DNA of 64,000 nucleotides from Narcine bancroftii (Eukaryota): positions 289,106,001-289,170,000 of the forward strand of contig NC_091471.1 in NCBI RefSeq assembly GCF_036971445.1, read 5' to 3'. This document shows positions 1 to 13,833 of the stretch, one piece after another. The translations under genes were made by a program, and so were the position numbers. The notes beneath the pieces were generated by a model, which saw nothing but the letters and a program-made list of their open reading frames with translations, was not told where the DNA came from and did no database searches. Every line of letters begins with the position of its first letter. Position 1 is the first letter of the stretch.

Positions 1-1889
1 TATTTTAGTTGGTGGTGATTTTAATTGTGTTTTGGAACCTTAATTAGATAAATCTCTGAAGAAAGTTAAGAAATCCAAGATGGCAATTCAGGTCCAAGCG
101 TTGATGAAAGATCTTAATTTAGTAGATATTTGGAGACGTCTTAATCTGACAGAGAAAGATTTCTCCATCCTTTTATTCATCTAGACATGAATAGTTTTCA
201 AGGATTGACTTCTTTTTATTATCGGCACACTTACAAGGGAAAATACAACAAGCGGAAGATAAAAATAGGGTGATTTCAGATCACTCTTTGTTATATTTTA
301 CATATGTAACTTCTGAGAAAATTCAAATGGCTTATTGTTGGAGGTTTAATACAATGTTGTTAAAAAATATGGAATTTATTGATTTTTTTAAAAAACAAAT
401 TTTTTTTTGAAAGAAAATTCTAATTATGTTCAAAGTAAGTTTGTATTATGGGATGCTATGAAAGCCATTTTTAGAGGACAAATAATTAGTTACACTTCTA
501 AAATAAAAAGAATCGATTAAATCAGAGTCTTGAATTAGACAAACAGATTGATGAGTTAGAAAATTAATTACAGAAAGATGCTACATAAGATCAGAAAATA
601 GAATTATCTAGGTTGAAATTGGAATATAATCCTTTGCAATCTTATCAATTTGAATGTGTGATTAATAGGACTAAACAACGGTATTATGAATGGGGAAAGA
701 AAGCACATAAGGTATTGGCGTGGCAATTAAAGAAAACAGATTTTGAGGACTAGCAATGCTCTTAGAGGGAATTCTCTTGTTACTTAAAAACTTCATGAGA
801 TTAATGATGAATTTTATTCATTTTATAAAAAGTTATATACATCTGAAGAAAAACAAGAAACTGGATCGATTGATCTTTTTTTTATCACAGTTGAATTTAC
901 CGATATTAGAGGATGCAGATATACAGGAGTTAGAAGAACCATTTACTGATTCGGAAATTAAAATGGCTATGCTGGAAATGCCGAACGGTAAATCGCCTGG
1001 TGATGATGGATTTTTGGTTGAATTTTATAAAAAATTTTATGATGCTTTATCTACAGTGTTTGGGGATGTATTACGTCAAGTTGGAGAACATTATGAATTA
1101 CCTGAGTCTTGTTCTAGTGCTTTAATTATAGTAATTCTTAAAAAAGATAGAGCTCCTTTAAAAGTATCTTCATATAGACCAATTTCATGTTAAATGTAGA
1201 TTATAAAATAATAGCTAAAATATTAGTGAATAGATTGGCTAAATTTTACCCAACTTGATTCATATGGATCAAACAGGTTTTATAAAGAATAGATATGCTT
1301 CAGACAACATTTTTTGTGTGATTAGTTTGATTAATAGATTTCGACAATCTTTAGATCACCCGATGGTGATATCCCTAGATGCAAAAAAAGCATTTGATAG
1401 AGTTGAATGGAATTTTTTGTTTAAAGTTTTGGAGAAATTTAAGTTTGGTCCTTTTTTTATTGGTTGGATTAGGGCTCTATATACTAAACCGGTAGCTAGA
1501 GTATTGACGAATGGTTTGATTTCCGAATCCTTCAAGTTAACTCGATCAACTCATCAAGGTTGTCCTTTATCACCAGCTTTGTTTGCGTTAGTGATTGAAC
1601 CTTTAGCACAGCTGATAAGACAAAATACACAGATACGAGGTATGGAAGTTTTAGATGAGGAGTATAAAATTAATTTATTTGCTGATGACGTATTGGTGTA
1701 TTTAATAAACCCAGCTCAGTCACTTTTGCATTTGAAGGAATGTTTAATACAATATGGATGTCTTTCTGGGTATAAAGTTAATTGGGAAAAAAGTGAAATA
1801 TTACCGGTAAGTGAAGGAGATTATTCAGTTTATAAGAATATTATTAATTTGAAGTGGACTGATCAAATTAAGTATCTTGGTATAATTTT
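1..1889 (+). mobile_element. L1/Tx1-clade LINE ORF2 remnant (endonuclease C-terminal part plus RT), 5' portion of a host element interrupted by a younger LINE
   Basis: Frameshifted ORF2 motifs: GGDFN at the window start, KSPGDDGF, SYRPIS, DQTGFIKNR, SLDAKKAFDRVEW, QGCPLSP, LFADD, IKYLG. Continues at 8350. Confidence 0.9.
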
Positions 1890-2148
1890 TTTTAAAAATT
1901 TTTTTATTTTTCACACCATAAACCACATTGACCATGATACATACATTTTCCTTTTCAAATATATACAGTGTCATTTTCTCCCCCCCACCTCCCTCCTCCC
2001 ATCCCACCCTCCCTACCTCCCACCCCCCATCCATTTAAAGTACAAAATCTAAGATACATTAAACCAGTCAAACAATGTTGTCATTCAATAAAAATAAACA
2101 AGAAATTCCACTAAGTCAATTCTTTTCATTTCCTTCTCCTGTCATTAA

Positions 2149-5100
2149 TTTAGGTAGTGAATGTCCCCGGTAGGTTTTCTCTATTGTGTTTCATGTAAGG
2201 CTCCCATATTTGTTCAAATATTTCAATATTATTTCTTAAACTATATGTTATTTTTTCTAATGGAATACATTTATTCATTTCTATATACCATTGTTGTATT
2301 TTCAAATTATCTTCCAATTTCCAGGTTGAGATAAAACATTTTTTTTGCTACGGCTAGAGCTATCTTAACAAATCTTTTTTGTGCACCATCCAAATCAATT
2401 CCAAATTCTTTGTTTTTTATGTTACTTAGGAGGAAGATCTCTGGGTTTTTTGGTATATTGTTTTCTGTAATTTTATTTAATATCTGGTTTAGATCTTCCC
2501 ACAATTTTTCTACTTTCTCACATGTCCAGATTGCATGAATTGATGTTCCCATTTCTTTTTTACAACAAAAACATCTGTCAGATACTGTTGGGTCCCATTT
2601 ATTTAACTTTTGAGGTGTAATGTGTAGCCTGTGTATCCAGTTATATTGTATCATACGTAACCTCATATTTATTGTCTTTCTCATCTTTCCAGAACATAAC
2701 TTCTCCCATGTTTCTTTTTTTATCTTTATATTTAAATCTTGTTCCCATTTTTGTTTAGTTTTACCATTTGTTTCCTCATTCTCCTTTTCTTGCAGCTTAA
2801 TATACATATTTGTTATAAATCTTTTGATTATCATTGTATCTGTAATCACATATTCAAAGTTACTTCCCTCTGGTAACCTCAGACTGCTTCCTAATTTGTC
2901 CTTCAATTAGGATTTCAATTGGTAATATGCCAGCACTGTATCTTGAGTTATATTGTATTTATCTTTCATTTGTTCAAAGGATAATAATCTATTTCCTGAA
3001 AAACAATTTTCTATTCTTTTGATCCCTTTTTTCTCCCATTCTCTAAAGGAAAGGTTATCTATTGTAAAAGGGAGTAACTGATTTTGCATCAATTTTAGTT
3101 TTGGTAATTGGTAATTTGTTTTATTCTTTCTACATGAATCTTCTTCCAAATATTGAGTAGATAATGTAATACTGGAGAACTCCTACGTTGTACCAATTTT
3201 TCATCCCATTTATATAATATGTGTTCAGGTATCTTTTCCCCTATTTTATCTAGTTTTAATCTAGTCCAATCTGGCTTTTCCCTTGTTTGGTAAAAATCTG
3301 ATAGGTATCTTAATTGTGTGGCTCTATAGTAATTTTTAAAGTTTGGCAGTTGTAAGCCTCCTTGTTTATACCATTCTATTAATTTATCTAGTGCTATCCT
3401 CGGTTTCCCCCCTTTCCATAAAAATTTCCTTATTATTTTCTTTAACTCCTTGAAGAATTTCTCTGTCAAGTGTATTGGCAATGACTGAAATAGGTATAAT
3501 ATCCTTGGGAAAATGTTCATTTTAATACAGTTTATCCTTCCTATTAGTGTTAATGGTAAATCTTTCAAATGCTCTAAATTGTCCTGTAATTTTTTCATTA
3601 GTGGATAATAATTGAGTTTATATAGATGGCCGAGATTTTTATTTATTTGTATACCTAGGTATCTCATTGCTTGCATTTGCCATCTGAATGGTGATTCCTT
3701 CTTAAATTTTGAGAAATCCGCATTATTCATTGGCATTGCTTCACTTTTATTTATGTTAATCTTGTAACCCGACACTTCTCCATATTCCTTCAATTTCTTA
3801 TAATTCTTTTATTGATAGTTCTGGTTCTGTTAAGTATACTATAAAATCATCCGCAAATAAACTGATTTTATATTCCTTTTCTTTTATTTTTATCCCTTTT
3901 ATATTATTTTCTGTTCTTATCAATTCTGCTAGTGGTTCTATAGCTAACGCGAACAATAATGGTGATAGTGGGCATCCCTGCCGTGTTGACCTGCTTAAGT
4001 TAAATTGCTTTGATATATATCGATTCACTGTCACTTTTGCCAATGGCCCCTTATATAATGCTTTAATCCAATTAATATACTTCTCTGGTAAACTGAATTT
4101 TTGCAATACTTTGAATAAATAATTCCATTCTACTCTGTCAAAGGCCTTCTCTGCGTCTAAAGCAACTGCTACTGTTGGCGCTTTACTCCCTTCTACTGCA
4201 TGAACTAAGTTAATAAATTTACAAATATTGTCTGTTGTGCGTCTTTTTTAATAAATCCAGATTGGTCTAGATTTACCATTTTAGGTACATACTCTGCTAA
4301 TCTGTTTGCTAATAGTTTAGCTATTATCTTATAATCTGTCTTAAGTAATGATATTGGTCTATATGACGCTGGTGCGAGTGGATCTTTCCCTTCCTTTGGT
4401 ATTACTGTAATTATTGCTGTTTTACATGAATCTGGTCAGCTTTGTGTTTTATCAATCTGGTTGATTACTTCCAGGAGGGGAGGAATTAATAAATCTTTAA
4501 ATGTTTTATAGAATTCTATTGGGAATCCATCCTCTCCTGGTGTCTTATTATTTGGTAATTTTTTTATTATCTCTTGTGTTTCTACTATTTCAAATGCTTC
4601 TATTAATTTATTTTGTTCCTCTATTTGTAATTTTGGTAGTTCAATTTTAGTTAAAAATTCATCTATTTTGCCTTCTTTCCCTTCGTTTTCAGTTTGGTAT
4701 AATTGTTCATGGAATTCTCTAAAGTTTTCCTTGATCTCCGTTGGATTATATGTGATTTGTTTGTCTTTTTTCCTTGATGCCAATACCATTTTCTTAGCTT
4801 GTTCTGTCTTAAGCTGCCATGCTAGGATTTTGTGCATTTTTTCAACCAGTTCATAATATTTCTGTTTTGTCTTCATTTTATTCTTCTCCACCTGATATGT
4901 TTGTAGTGTTTCATATTTTATTTTTTTATCTGCCAATCCTCTTCTCTTAGTTGTATCTTCCTTCATTGCTAATTCTTTTTCTATATTTACTATTTCCCTT
5001 TCCAACTGCTCTGTTTCCTGATTATAGTCCTTCTTCATCTTGGTTACATAACTTATTATTTGCCCTCTAATGAACGCTTTCATTGCATCCCATAGTATAA

Positions 5101-5941
5101 ACTTATCGTTCACTGATTCCGAATTTATTTCAAAATACATTTTAATTTGTCTTTCAATGAATTCTCTAAAATCCTGCCTTTTAAGTAGCATGGAGTTTAA
5201 TCTCCATCTATACATTCTTGGTGGGATGTCCTCTTAACTCTATTGTCAATAACAGAGGTGAATGGTCTGATAATATTCTAGCTTTATATTCTGTTTTTCT
5301 TACTCTATCTTGCATATGAGCTGATAACAGAAATAGGTCTATTCTTGAGTATGTTTTATGTCTAGCCGAGTAATATGAATATTCCTTTTCCTTTGGGTGT
5401 TGTTTCCTCCATATATCCAAAAGTTGCATTTCTTGCATCGATTTAATTATAAATTTGGTTACTTTATTCTTTCTGTTAATTTTTTCCCAGTTTTGTCCAT
5501 ATTTGAATCCAAATACAGGTTGAAATCCCCTCCTATTAATATGTTCCCTTGCGTATCTGCTATCTTCAAAAAAATATCTTGCATAAACTTTGATCTTCGT
5601 TAGGTGAATATACATTGAGTAGATTCCAAAACTCCGAATATATCTGACATTTTATCATTACATATCTCCCTGCTGGATCTATTATTTCCTCTTCTATTTT
5701 AATTGGCACATTCTTACTAATTAACATAGCTACTCCTCTTGCTTTTGAATTATACGATGCTGCTGTTACATGTCCTACCCAATCTCTCTTTAATTTCTTG
5801 TGCCCCAATTCAGTTAAATGTGTTTCTTGCACAAATGCTAAATCAATTTTTTTCTTTTTTCAGTAAATTTAGCAGTTTCTTCCTTTTGATTTGGTTATGT
5901 ATTCCGTTAATATTTAAAGTCATATAGTTCAGCGTAGCCAT
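2149..5941 (-). pseudogene. Disrupted ORF2 (APE endonuclease, reverse transcriptase, C-terminal zinc-binding region) of the nested L1-like element
   Basis: Starts MATLNYMTLNINGI at 5941. Motifs QETHL, SRIDLFL, SDHSPL, KTPGEDGF, RQGCPLSP, LFADD, RYLGI, SDRCFCC..HAIWTC are split over many frames. Confidence 0.88.
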
Positions 5942-6382
5942 TTCATACTTTGTTTATCTTCCCTTTCCGTTTCTCCATCATCACCTTTCCTTCTTATCCA
6001 TTTCTGCTTTCTTGTTTTGAACACTTTATAAGACAACATTTCTAAAACATCAAACATTTTCCTTATTCTCCTATTTAAAACTTTAACCCCATTCTCTCCT
6101 CCTCCTTCTGAGTTGCCCTTTATCCCTTGTCGGGCAACCACATCTCCCCTCTCCATTTGGATTTGCGAATTCACTCGCAAACGTCAACTGATTTTGCAGT
6201 GACCGTGACTCCTCCCCACCCAGCCCCCTCCGGAAAAGATTTCAGTTTTCATATGTAACAAAGGTCACTCTTTTAATTCCCTCCTTATTCCCTCTATTCC
6301 CTTTCCCTCCCTTATTAATTCTTATCTATACTCTATATATTTTCCTCTAAATACAGATACATTCATGTATACACACTATATA

Positions 6383-6943
6383 TTCTTTGGCTTGGCTTCG
6401 CGGACGAAGATTTATGGAGCGGGTAAAAAGTCCACGTCAGCTGCAGGCTCGTTTGTGGCTGACAAGTCCGATGCGGGACAGGCAGACACGGTTGCAGCGG
6501 TTGCAGGGGAAAATTGGTTGGTTGGGGTTGGGTGTTGGGTTTTTCCTCCTTTGCCTTTTGTCAGTGAGGTGGGCTCTGCGGTCTTCTTCAAAGGAGGTTG
6601 CTGCCCGCCAAACTGTGAGGCGCCAAGATGCACGGTTTGAGGCGTTATCAGCCCACTGGCGGTGGTCAATGTGGCAGGCACCAAGAGATTTCTTTAGGCA
6701 GTCCTTGTACCTTTTCTTTGGTGCACCACTGTCACGGTGGCCAGTGGAGAGCTCGCCATATAACACGATCTTGGGAAGGTGATGGTCCTCCATTCTGGAG
6801 ACGTGACCCATCCAGCGCAGCTGGATCTTCAGCAGCGTGGACTCGATGCTGTCGACCTCTGCCATCTCGAGTACTTCGACGTTAGGGATGAAAGCGCTCC
6901 AATGGATGTTGAGGATGGAGCGGAGACAACGCTGGTGGAAGCC
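6383..6943 (-). mobile_element. 5'-truncated RTE-clade LINE inserted in the ORF1-ORF2 spacer of the L1
   Basis: FHQRCLRSILNIHW, QLRWMGHVSRM, LPKIVLYGEL, PKKRYKD and a C-terminal CNRCNRVC..H zinc finger. 3' tail GCCAAGCCAAAGAA. Confidence 0.9.
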
Positions 6944-6997
6944 ACACATATACCCCTATACACACATACAAATAGTTCGTGGTCATTTGTACTCTCA

Positions 6998-8216
6998 TTA
7001 CATGTCTTCATCTCTCTGCTTGTTTTGTAGTTGTTCTGCAAATTTTCTTGCTTTCTCTGGATCCGAAAATAGTCTGTTTTGTTGCCCTGGAATAACTATT
7101 TTAAGTACTGCTGGGTACTTTGACATAAATTTATATCCTTTTTTCCATAAGATTGTTTTTGCTGTATTGAACTCCTTCCTCTTCTTCAGGAGTTCAAAAC
7201 TTATGTCTGGATAGAAAAAAATTTTTTGACCTTTATATTCCAGTGGCTTTTTGTCTTCTCTTATTTTCTTCATTGCTTTCTCCAATATATTTTCTCTTGT
7301 TGTATATCTTAAGAATTTTACTAAAATGGATCGTGGTTTTTGCTGCAGTTGTGGTTTCGGGGCTAAAGTTCTATGTACCCTCTCTATTTCCATTTCTTCT
7401 TGTAATTCTGGTCTTCCTAGGACCCTGGGGATCCAATCTTTTATAAATTCTCTCATATTCTTGCCTTCTTCATCTTCCTTAAGGCCTACTATCTTTATAT
7501 TATTTCTTCTATTATAGTTTTCTATTATATCTATCTTCTGAGCTAACAGCTCATGTGCCTCTTTAACTTTTTTATTAGATTCTTCTAATTTCTCTTTTAA
7601 GTCCTCTACTTCCATTTCTACAATTATTTCTCATTCTTCCATATTTTCCACTCTTTTTCCTATCTCTGACATGACCATTTCTATTTTATTCATTTTTTCT
7701 TCTGCATTCCAATTCTTCTTTTTATCTCATTAAATTCTTGTAATTGCCATTCTTTCACTGATTCCATATATTCTTTAAAAAAAGATATATCCATTGTCTT
7801 GCCTTTCTCTTCTTCTTCCATTTCTTTCTGTTCTTCTTCTTCTTCTTCTTCCTCTGGGTTGACCATCTGTTGTTTCCTTGTTTTCTTTTTACCCTCTTCT
7901 TTCTTGTTGTCGTTATTTTCTGTGTTCTGCACCAGCTGCTGTGGTGCAGGTGTCTCTCTCAGCTGTGGAGATCGACTCCGCAGCTGTTCCCCCCTCCCGT
8001 CAGTGTGTTTTTTTTCATGCGCGGTTGCGCACTTTTACTCGGCTCTGTGAGCCATTTTTGTAGTCCCGAGCCCGGGACTTCCACTGACCTGAGGGAGCGG
8101 GCATCTCTCTCCGCGGTGGGCCTCTTCGGACAGGTAAGGCCTTCACCTTCTTCTTCTGACGTTCTTTCTTCCTCTTTTCTTCCCGTTGTTTTCGACTTTT
8201 CTCTCTTCGCTGCCAT
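6998..8216 (-). pseudogene. Disrupted ORF1 (coiled coil plus L1 ORF1 RNA-binding domain) of the nested L1-like element
   Basis: ENYNRRNNIKIVGLKE, IERVHRT, PRSILVKF, IFFYPDIS and YPAVL are typical L1 ORF1p motifs. The upstream acidic/coiled-coil pieces are in other frames. Confidence 0.85.
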
Positions 8217-8349
8217 TTTCTTCTCACCTTTATTTTTACTTTGTTGTAAATTTTAATCTTGTACCTTTGTGCTTTGTGTGTTTTTTTTAACTTTTCGGGA
8301 GAGGGCTGGAATTCCCTGACTGGCCACTACTCCATCACGTGACTCCTCC

Positions 8350-8914
8350 ATCTTGGTAAAATTTTGAATGTTAATTATCAATCTTTATATAAATTAAATT
8401 ATGCTCCATTAACGAAAAAAATTAAAACTGATTTGATCAAATGAAAAGATTTACCTATTAATTTAATGGTTTGGAGAAATACAATTAAGATGAATATCTT
8501 TCCACGAATACAATATTTGTTTCAATCTATTCCGTATTTACTTGATAAAATTTTTTTTCGAGATTTGAATAAAATGGTTCGGGAGTTTTTATGGAGAGAT
8601 ACATTTACGTATGTTTCACGTGATAATTTAAAAAATTTTATTAATAAGTGGTTGTTATACTCAGCATATTTACATTTCAATTTATATTGAGTAGATCTTA
8701 ATATGTATATTTAATTTTCTCTTTCATATTCTTTCTTTTTTCTTTCCTTATGGCTCTCCTGAGGAGAGTTGGCTGAAGGGTGGGGGGGTTCTTTTCATTT
8801 CTTTCTTCTTCTTTTTTTCTATATATATGAAAAAACATTCATGTTTATGGTTTATTGTTGCATATGTCATATATTATTTGTTCTTTGAACTAATAAATAA
8901 AGTTTAAAAAAAAA
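8350..8914 (+). mobile_element. 3' continuation of the host L1-like element (internally deleted), ending in AATAAA and poly-A
   Basis: IKMNIFPRIQYLFQ..FLW motif resumes after the TSD. AATAAA at ~8892-8901 and an A-run at ~8906-8914. Confidence 0.8.
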
Positions 8915-9999
8915 CTATGGAAAATGACACTGCCAATAGTGAGTTCAGAGAGAGAAACAGTGATAATCCAGAGCATATCATTCAGAAAAATGGGATATGC
9001 AATGTCATGGAGAGAAATAAAATAGATCTTTATATCTGCAGGACCAATTGAGATGCATCTCAGTCAACTGTGGAGCATGAGAGAAGATGTTGTGGGGATC
9101 ATTAGATTTTGTTCACCACACATGAGTTGCCGGATGACTGCAGGATAGCAAAGGTGATTCTTACCCCAGTTGTAAAAACTCTGAGGAATCTGATTTCATT
9201 ACATTTGGAATGGCAGGGATTGATTAGGAATGGACAGCATGGAATCACTTGTAGAAACTCCTGTCACACAAAAGTGATTCAATGTCTTGATGTTGTAACT
9301 CAGTATATATTTACAACAGTATTCCTGTTGAAGTTGTCTATTAGGGCTTTAGTGAGGCCATTGCTGCTTCCTGATGGCCTACTCCACAAGGTTAGCAACC
9401 GAGGCTAAGAGGAAAATTGGATCCAAAATGCTCTTGGTACTAGGAGGCAGAGGGTAGTGGCAGATGTTTTCTCTTCTGATTGGAAGTTTGTGATGAATGG
9501 TGTATGCAACGATTGCAGTTTTTGTTTTAAATTAGGCATACAGCACAGTATCTGGCCCTTTCAGACCATGAGCCCATGCCACCCAATTACACTCAATTGA
9601 CTTACAACCCCAGTATTTTTTGAAGGGTGGGAAGTAACTGGAGCAAGAGGATCAGCTGAAGATGGGGACCAGATCAAGGGGAGATATAGTAAGCCACGGC
9701 CAGTACCTCACTAAAATTGCAACCAGAATCGTCACAGGAAGTCTCACTGCTGCATGAGGAGAGGATTCAGTTAGTTTGTTAGGGAATGAGAACAAGAAGG
9801 TCAGACAGAAAAGGGAGCAATGGGTTAGGAGAGTGGTCCCAGAACAAGAAATATATCTTTTAATCAGGACCAGATTAAACATGAAACTAGTTTTGAAATG
9901 CATGTGGAGAAACAGAGAAGAAAATAAGAACATTGTCACTGAACTGCAGATGTAATGAAGTACGTTTCCTTTATATGATCTACTTTGACATTTGGGACT

Positions 10000-11030
10000 C
10001 CATTAAATAAAGACTGGGAAGACGGGTGTATTTTGTGGAAATGATGATGGTATTTGTGCTGTGCCCAGTGATACCTGGTGTTAGTTGGTCAGGTCTCATG
10101 TGCAGATAGTAAGCAAGGAACATTGGTGTCTGATGGGCCATGAGCTTCATGCCATGGTTGATGCCTTGCCCTTCCAATACTCTTTCAAACAAAATGTATG
10201 CTGGCACATCAAAGGCAGTGGTCACTTTATCATCGGGAAGTGCATTCACTGGTACGTTGCTACTCAAATGTAGAAAGAGGTCTTGTTTTCAGGATTGGAA
10301 GATGGAACATTATCTCATGGATTTTTTGGAATATTTTATTTCAATCAACATATATAAGACAATAATGACAAACTATAATAAATCATCATATTACGGTGTT
10401 AACAATGTTGAGAGCAAGATTCAACTTTCCCAATGAAAGCATCAGGAATGGCTTTCAGGCATCTGTTTAATGATAGTAAATACCAGCAAAATCTGCAAAG
10501 GGAGATCGAATAGTGAGATTTGTTTGAATTTGTTCAGGAAGGCCGTTGTCCTCGTAACAGTTTTCCCTTAGCTGTTGGGATTATTTCCAGTCCTGTGAGA
10601 AGATTGTTGGAGATGAAATGCATCATTGCTGCAAGAAAGATTGGTAAAATTTGGGGCAAGAATTCAACTTTTTATTTGACATGGATTTTCATAAAGAAAG
10701 ATCCTGTTGTGGATGTTTTGTGGAGCAAATGTAAGATGGTGAAGCATTTCAATGGAAGCCATTTTTGTAGATGGTGTTCCATAGCTCCTCCTGATTGATG
10801 AGGTCAAAAGGTTTGGTGAGGTTGAGAAAGGCCACGTGTGGTGACTGATGCTGCTTTCTAAATTTTCCTTGGAGTTGTTGCACAGAAGATCATGTCTTCT
10901 TTGCCTCTGGATGGACAGCTATCAATGTGATTTGGTGAGCAGCTCTATGGTCAGTAGATAAGGTGGTTGAGAAGGACACTTATGAAACTTCCCCTATAAC
11001 AGTAAATTAGGTTACTCCTCTATCACAATT
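10000..11030 (-). mobile_element. Old, highly degenerate RTE-like LINE remnant (mirrored at ~39370-40780 on +)
   Basis: The minus strand retains decayed RT-region pieces such as GRGKEDMIF..QQLQGK and AFxNLTKPFD. Confidence 0.55.
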
Positions 11031-12709
11031 GGGTGTCTTTGTGTCCATCAGTGTCAGTGGCCATTTTCAAGTCCAGGTGGAAGGCTCATCAACACTGATA
11101 TTGTGACCCTGGTGAAGCAATAATCTTCTACACTGATGCCCAGATTTTATATTCAATGGGAACCTACATACTATAAAACATTATAAAATTATATAAGGCA
11201 TGGAGAGAACAAATTGTCAGAAATTCTTTTCCATATGTGGATAACAAAAGCATGAGAATATAGGATAAAAATGAAAAGAAAATTTTAAAAGGGTCTGAAT
11301 GAAGCTTATGAAACAGAGATTGTTTAATATCTGGAACTCACTGCCAGAAGATGTTAATGTCAGATACAATCACTACATTGAAGAGACATTACAGCCAATA
11401 CTTATGTGGCCAGGGCATAGAACTATACAGACCTAATGCAGGGTGTTTGGAGCAGTGTCGATAGCAAAATAGTTGGCTGGATATTGTGGTTTGGATGGCA
11501 CTTTTCTGCACTGTTGCACTCTATGACTCCATGACCTGCCTCCTGAGATCCAGAGCTGTTGGCAAGAGATAGAGGACCAAATATGTTGACTCATGAGAGA
11601 ATGGTTTAAAAGAACAATATTATAATTGTAAGAGATTTTAATATTCTAAATATGAATTGCAATTGCCTTACTGTGAGTGAATGAGATGCGGTCATAATTG
11701 CAATGTTCCTCCAGAAAACTATGTAGATAGTTCCATCGGAACCTATCAATACAAGCTTGGAACCAGGAAATCTTTGAAATGAAGGTCACCAAGATGTTGA
11801 TGTGTCATCGGGGGCTTATGTTCAGAAATGAGATTACAATTCTGTCAGTCTCAAGGGAATTATGGAAAAGGTTAGGATGATCTGGAAGATCAAGTCTGAA
11901 ATTGGAAGAAGACCGATTCCAATGATAGAAGAGAGGACCATTGACTGTGAGAGGGTGACATCGAGGATAACTATTCAACCTAAGGGAGTCACTCAAAACT
12001 GATGGGGTGAGGCTCAGGGACAATGTGCTCCTGTAAATGTGAAAGTTATCTTGCCATTCGTTAGTGAACACTGTATATCATTGGTACCAATTGTTTGATA
12101 AAAGGGAAAGGAAGCATATCTGTGATTGAAACTGGAGACTCACTTGATGAGTGCAAACTGAATGTAAAATAGAAATGAAGAGGACAAAGAAAGGCTATGA
12201 ATCCGAATCTGAGTCAGAATCAGAATTTATTGTCACGAACATGTCACAAAATATGTTTTTTTGCAGCATCATTACAGGTGCATAATTGCTATAATTTATT
12301 TTTTAATTAGTGCAAAAAGTAAGAATATTGAGGTAAACTGTGTGGCTCATTTTCCATTCAGAAATTCTGATTTAAGACATCTGACGGAATCTTCACATCG
12401 AGGCGAAGTTAGTGCATAGAATATATCGAATGTAGTGAGAATAGCAGCAATCACTGCTCTGTAGGTCCTAGCAGTGGCCAAACTGGGAGGTCTAGAACTG
12501 GACCTGGAAGTCACGAGGCACAAGATGGAGGTGGAGGCAAGTAAAGAGAAGGAAATGTGGCAATGAAAGGGAATCTGGGTGAGTACATGGTCATAGAGCT
12601 TGAGAACTGATGGGGAGGATCCCACAAACATCCCTTCAGAGATCGAAGGAGAACTTGTTCAGAGCAGGCATCTCTGGAAGAGATTTCAGAGTCTTGCAGT
12701 AGACAGAAA

Positions 12710-13125
12710 TAAAATACAAAGGTCTGCAAATACTGCGGTTGAAGTAAAAACACAAATCTGGAAAAACTCAGCAAGTCAAAGAGTGCACTTTATTCAGCAA
12801 AGATTAAGATACATAATCAAGGGGTGGGCAAAATGTGGGCAGGTGCCCAAACAAAATGCTGCGGAGGGCATCAAAAGGACGACATTCCATAAGCAGAAGG
12901 TTACAGATGAAGGGAGGGAGAACACGCCAGCAAACAAGGGGAGGGGTGAATGGGTCTGTGAATGGAGAGGGAAGGGGATAGAGAGCAGGGTGAAACAAGA
13001 CAGAGTGATGGAGATGAGTGTGGAAGAACGGGGAGTATGCAGGCAGAAACCAGAGAAGTTGACGTTAACGCCATCTGGCTGGAGAGGGACGAGACAGGAG
13101 TTGGGTGTTGTTCCTCCAATTTACA
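12710..13125 (-). mobile_element. Penelope-like (GIY-YIG) element 3' end and tail fragment
   Basis: KLEEQH..QPDGVNVNFS-like C-terminus followed by the GAAAAACTCAGCAAGTCAA-type tail. An inverted paralog lies at 34705-35145. Confidence 0.65.
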
Positions 13126-13616
13126 GGAGACCAATCTAATGATGCCAATAAATGGCAGCAAAGTCAGATGTTTGGAGAATAAGTCATTTGCAACACCCTC
13201 CTTTATTACACATGGCACAGAGTAAATATATCACAGCACAACTTTGTCATTCTTTGGTCTGGCCATGTCTGGAGCATCATGTCCACTGTTAGATGGGGCC
13301 CTATTAATTGCTTTTGAGGGATCCAGGTGTTGCCCAGAATGGAAGATTTCAAAAAAATAAACTGTTAGACAGGTTGGGGCAGTTGACCTGGAGGAGAGGA
13401 AGCTGATGATCGATAAGATAAATATTTTTAAAAAATGAAGAATAGAGCTTTTATGGGGGATGGTGTTGGGGTGGGGGGTGGTGGGGGAGACTGAAACAAG
13501 AGGTAGGGTTGGAAGATGAGAGGTGGGAGGGTTAGAGGTGATCAGAGGATGATATGTGGTCTAAATGAATGGCTGGCATCTGGAAGGTAGTGTGATAGTA
13601 CAGATTCTGTCACCAA

Positions 13617-13821
13617 TGTAGATTTGTGCAGATTGTAGTGTATGATGACTGTGATTGGCTGAGAGCATAGCCACACCTACTGGCAGGTCTTAAAGGCTTG
13701 CTCCTAGCTAGACCAGGTCATTCTGGACTGGTCAACCTACTTGTGATATGCTCCAGTCTTTTAGTTAATAAAAGCCTTGGTTTGGATCAACAAGTCTTTG
13801 GTTCTTTCGACATGCTCTGCA
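13617..13821 (+). mobile_element. Probable short solo LTR (Gypsy-like)
   Basis: TG...CA ends, an ATTGG box and AATAAA at ~13767. No clear TSD found. Confidence 0.4.
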
Positions 13822-13833
13822 GGAGCTCTAGAG

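Larger units (their letters stand above)
1890..8349 (-). mobile_element. Near full-length (~6.45 kb) L1/Tx1-clade LINE with degenerate ORF1 and ORF2, 3' A-rich tail and TSD
   Basis: TSD ATCTTGGTA(T/A)AATTTT at 1874-1889 and 8350-8365. T-run (poly-A on the minus strand) at ~1886-1910. ORF1 and ORF2 fragments appear in the ORF track on the minus strand. Confidence 0.92.

Noticed and set aside
756-7615. Long LINE ORFs as functional genes
   Set aside because: They are fragmented by multiple frameshifts and stops, so they are dead retrotransposon copies.
8915-9650. Expected mirror-image IgL gene beyond the left duplication arm
   Set aside because: Homology stops at ~9650. Only CR1, SINE and L1 remnants lie there, with no leader, V or octamer.
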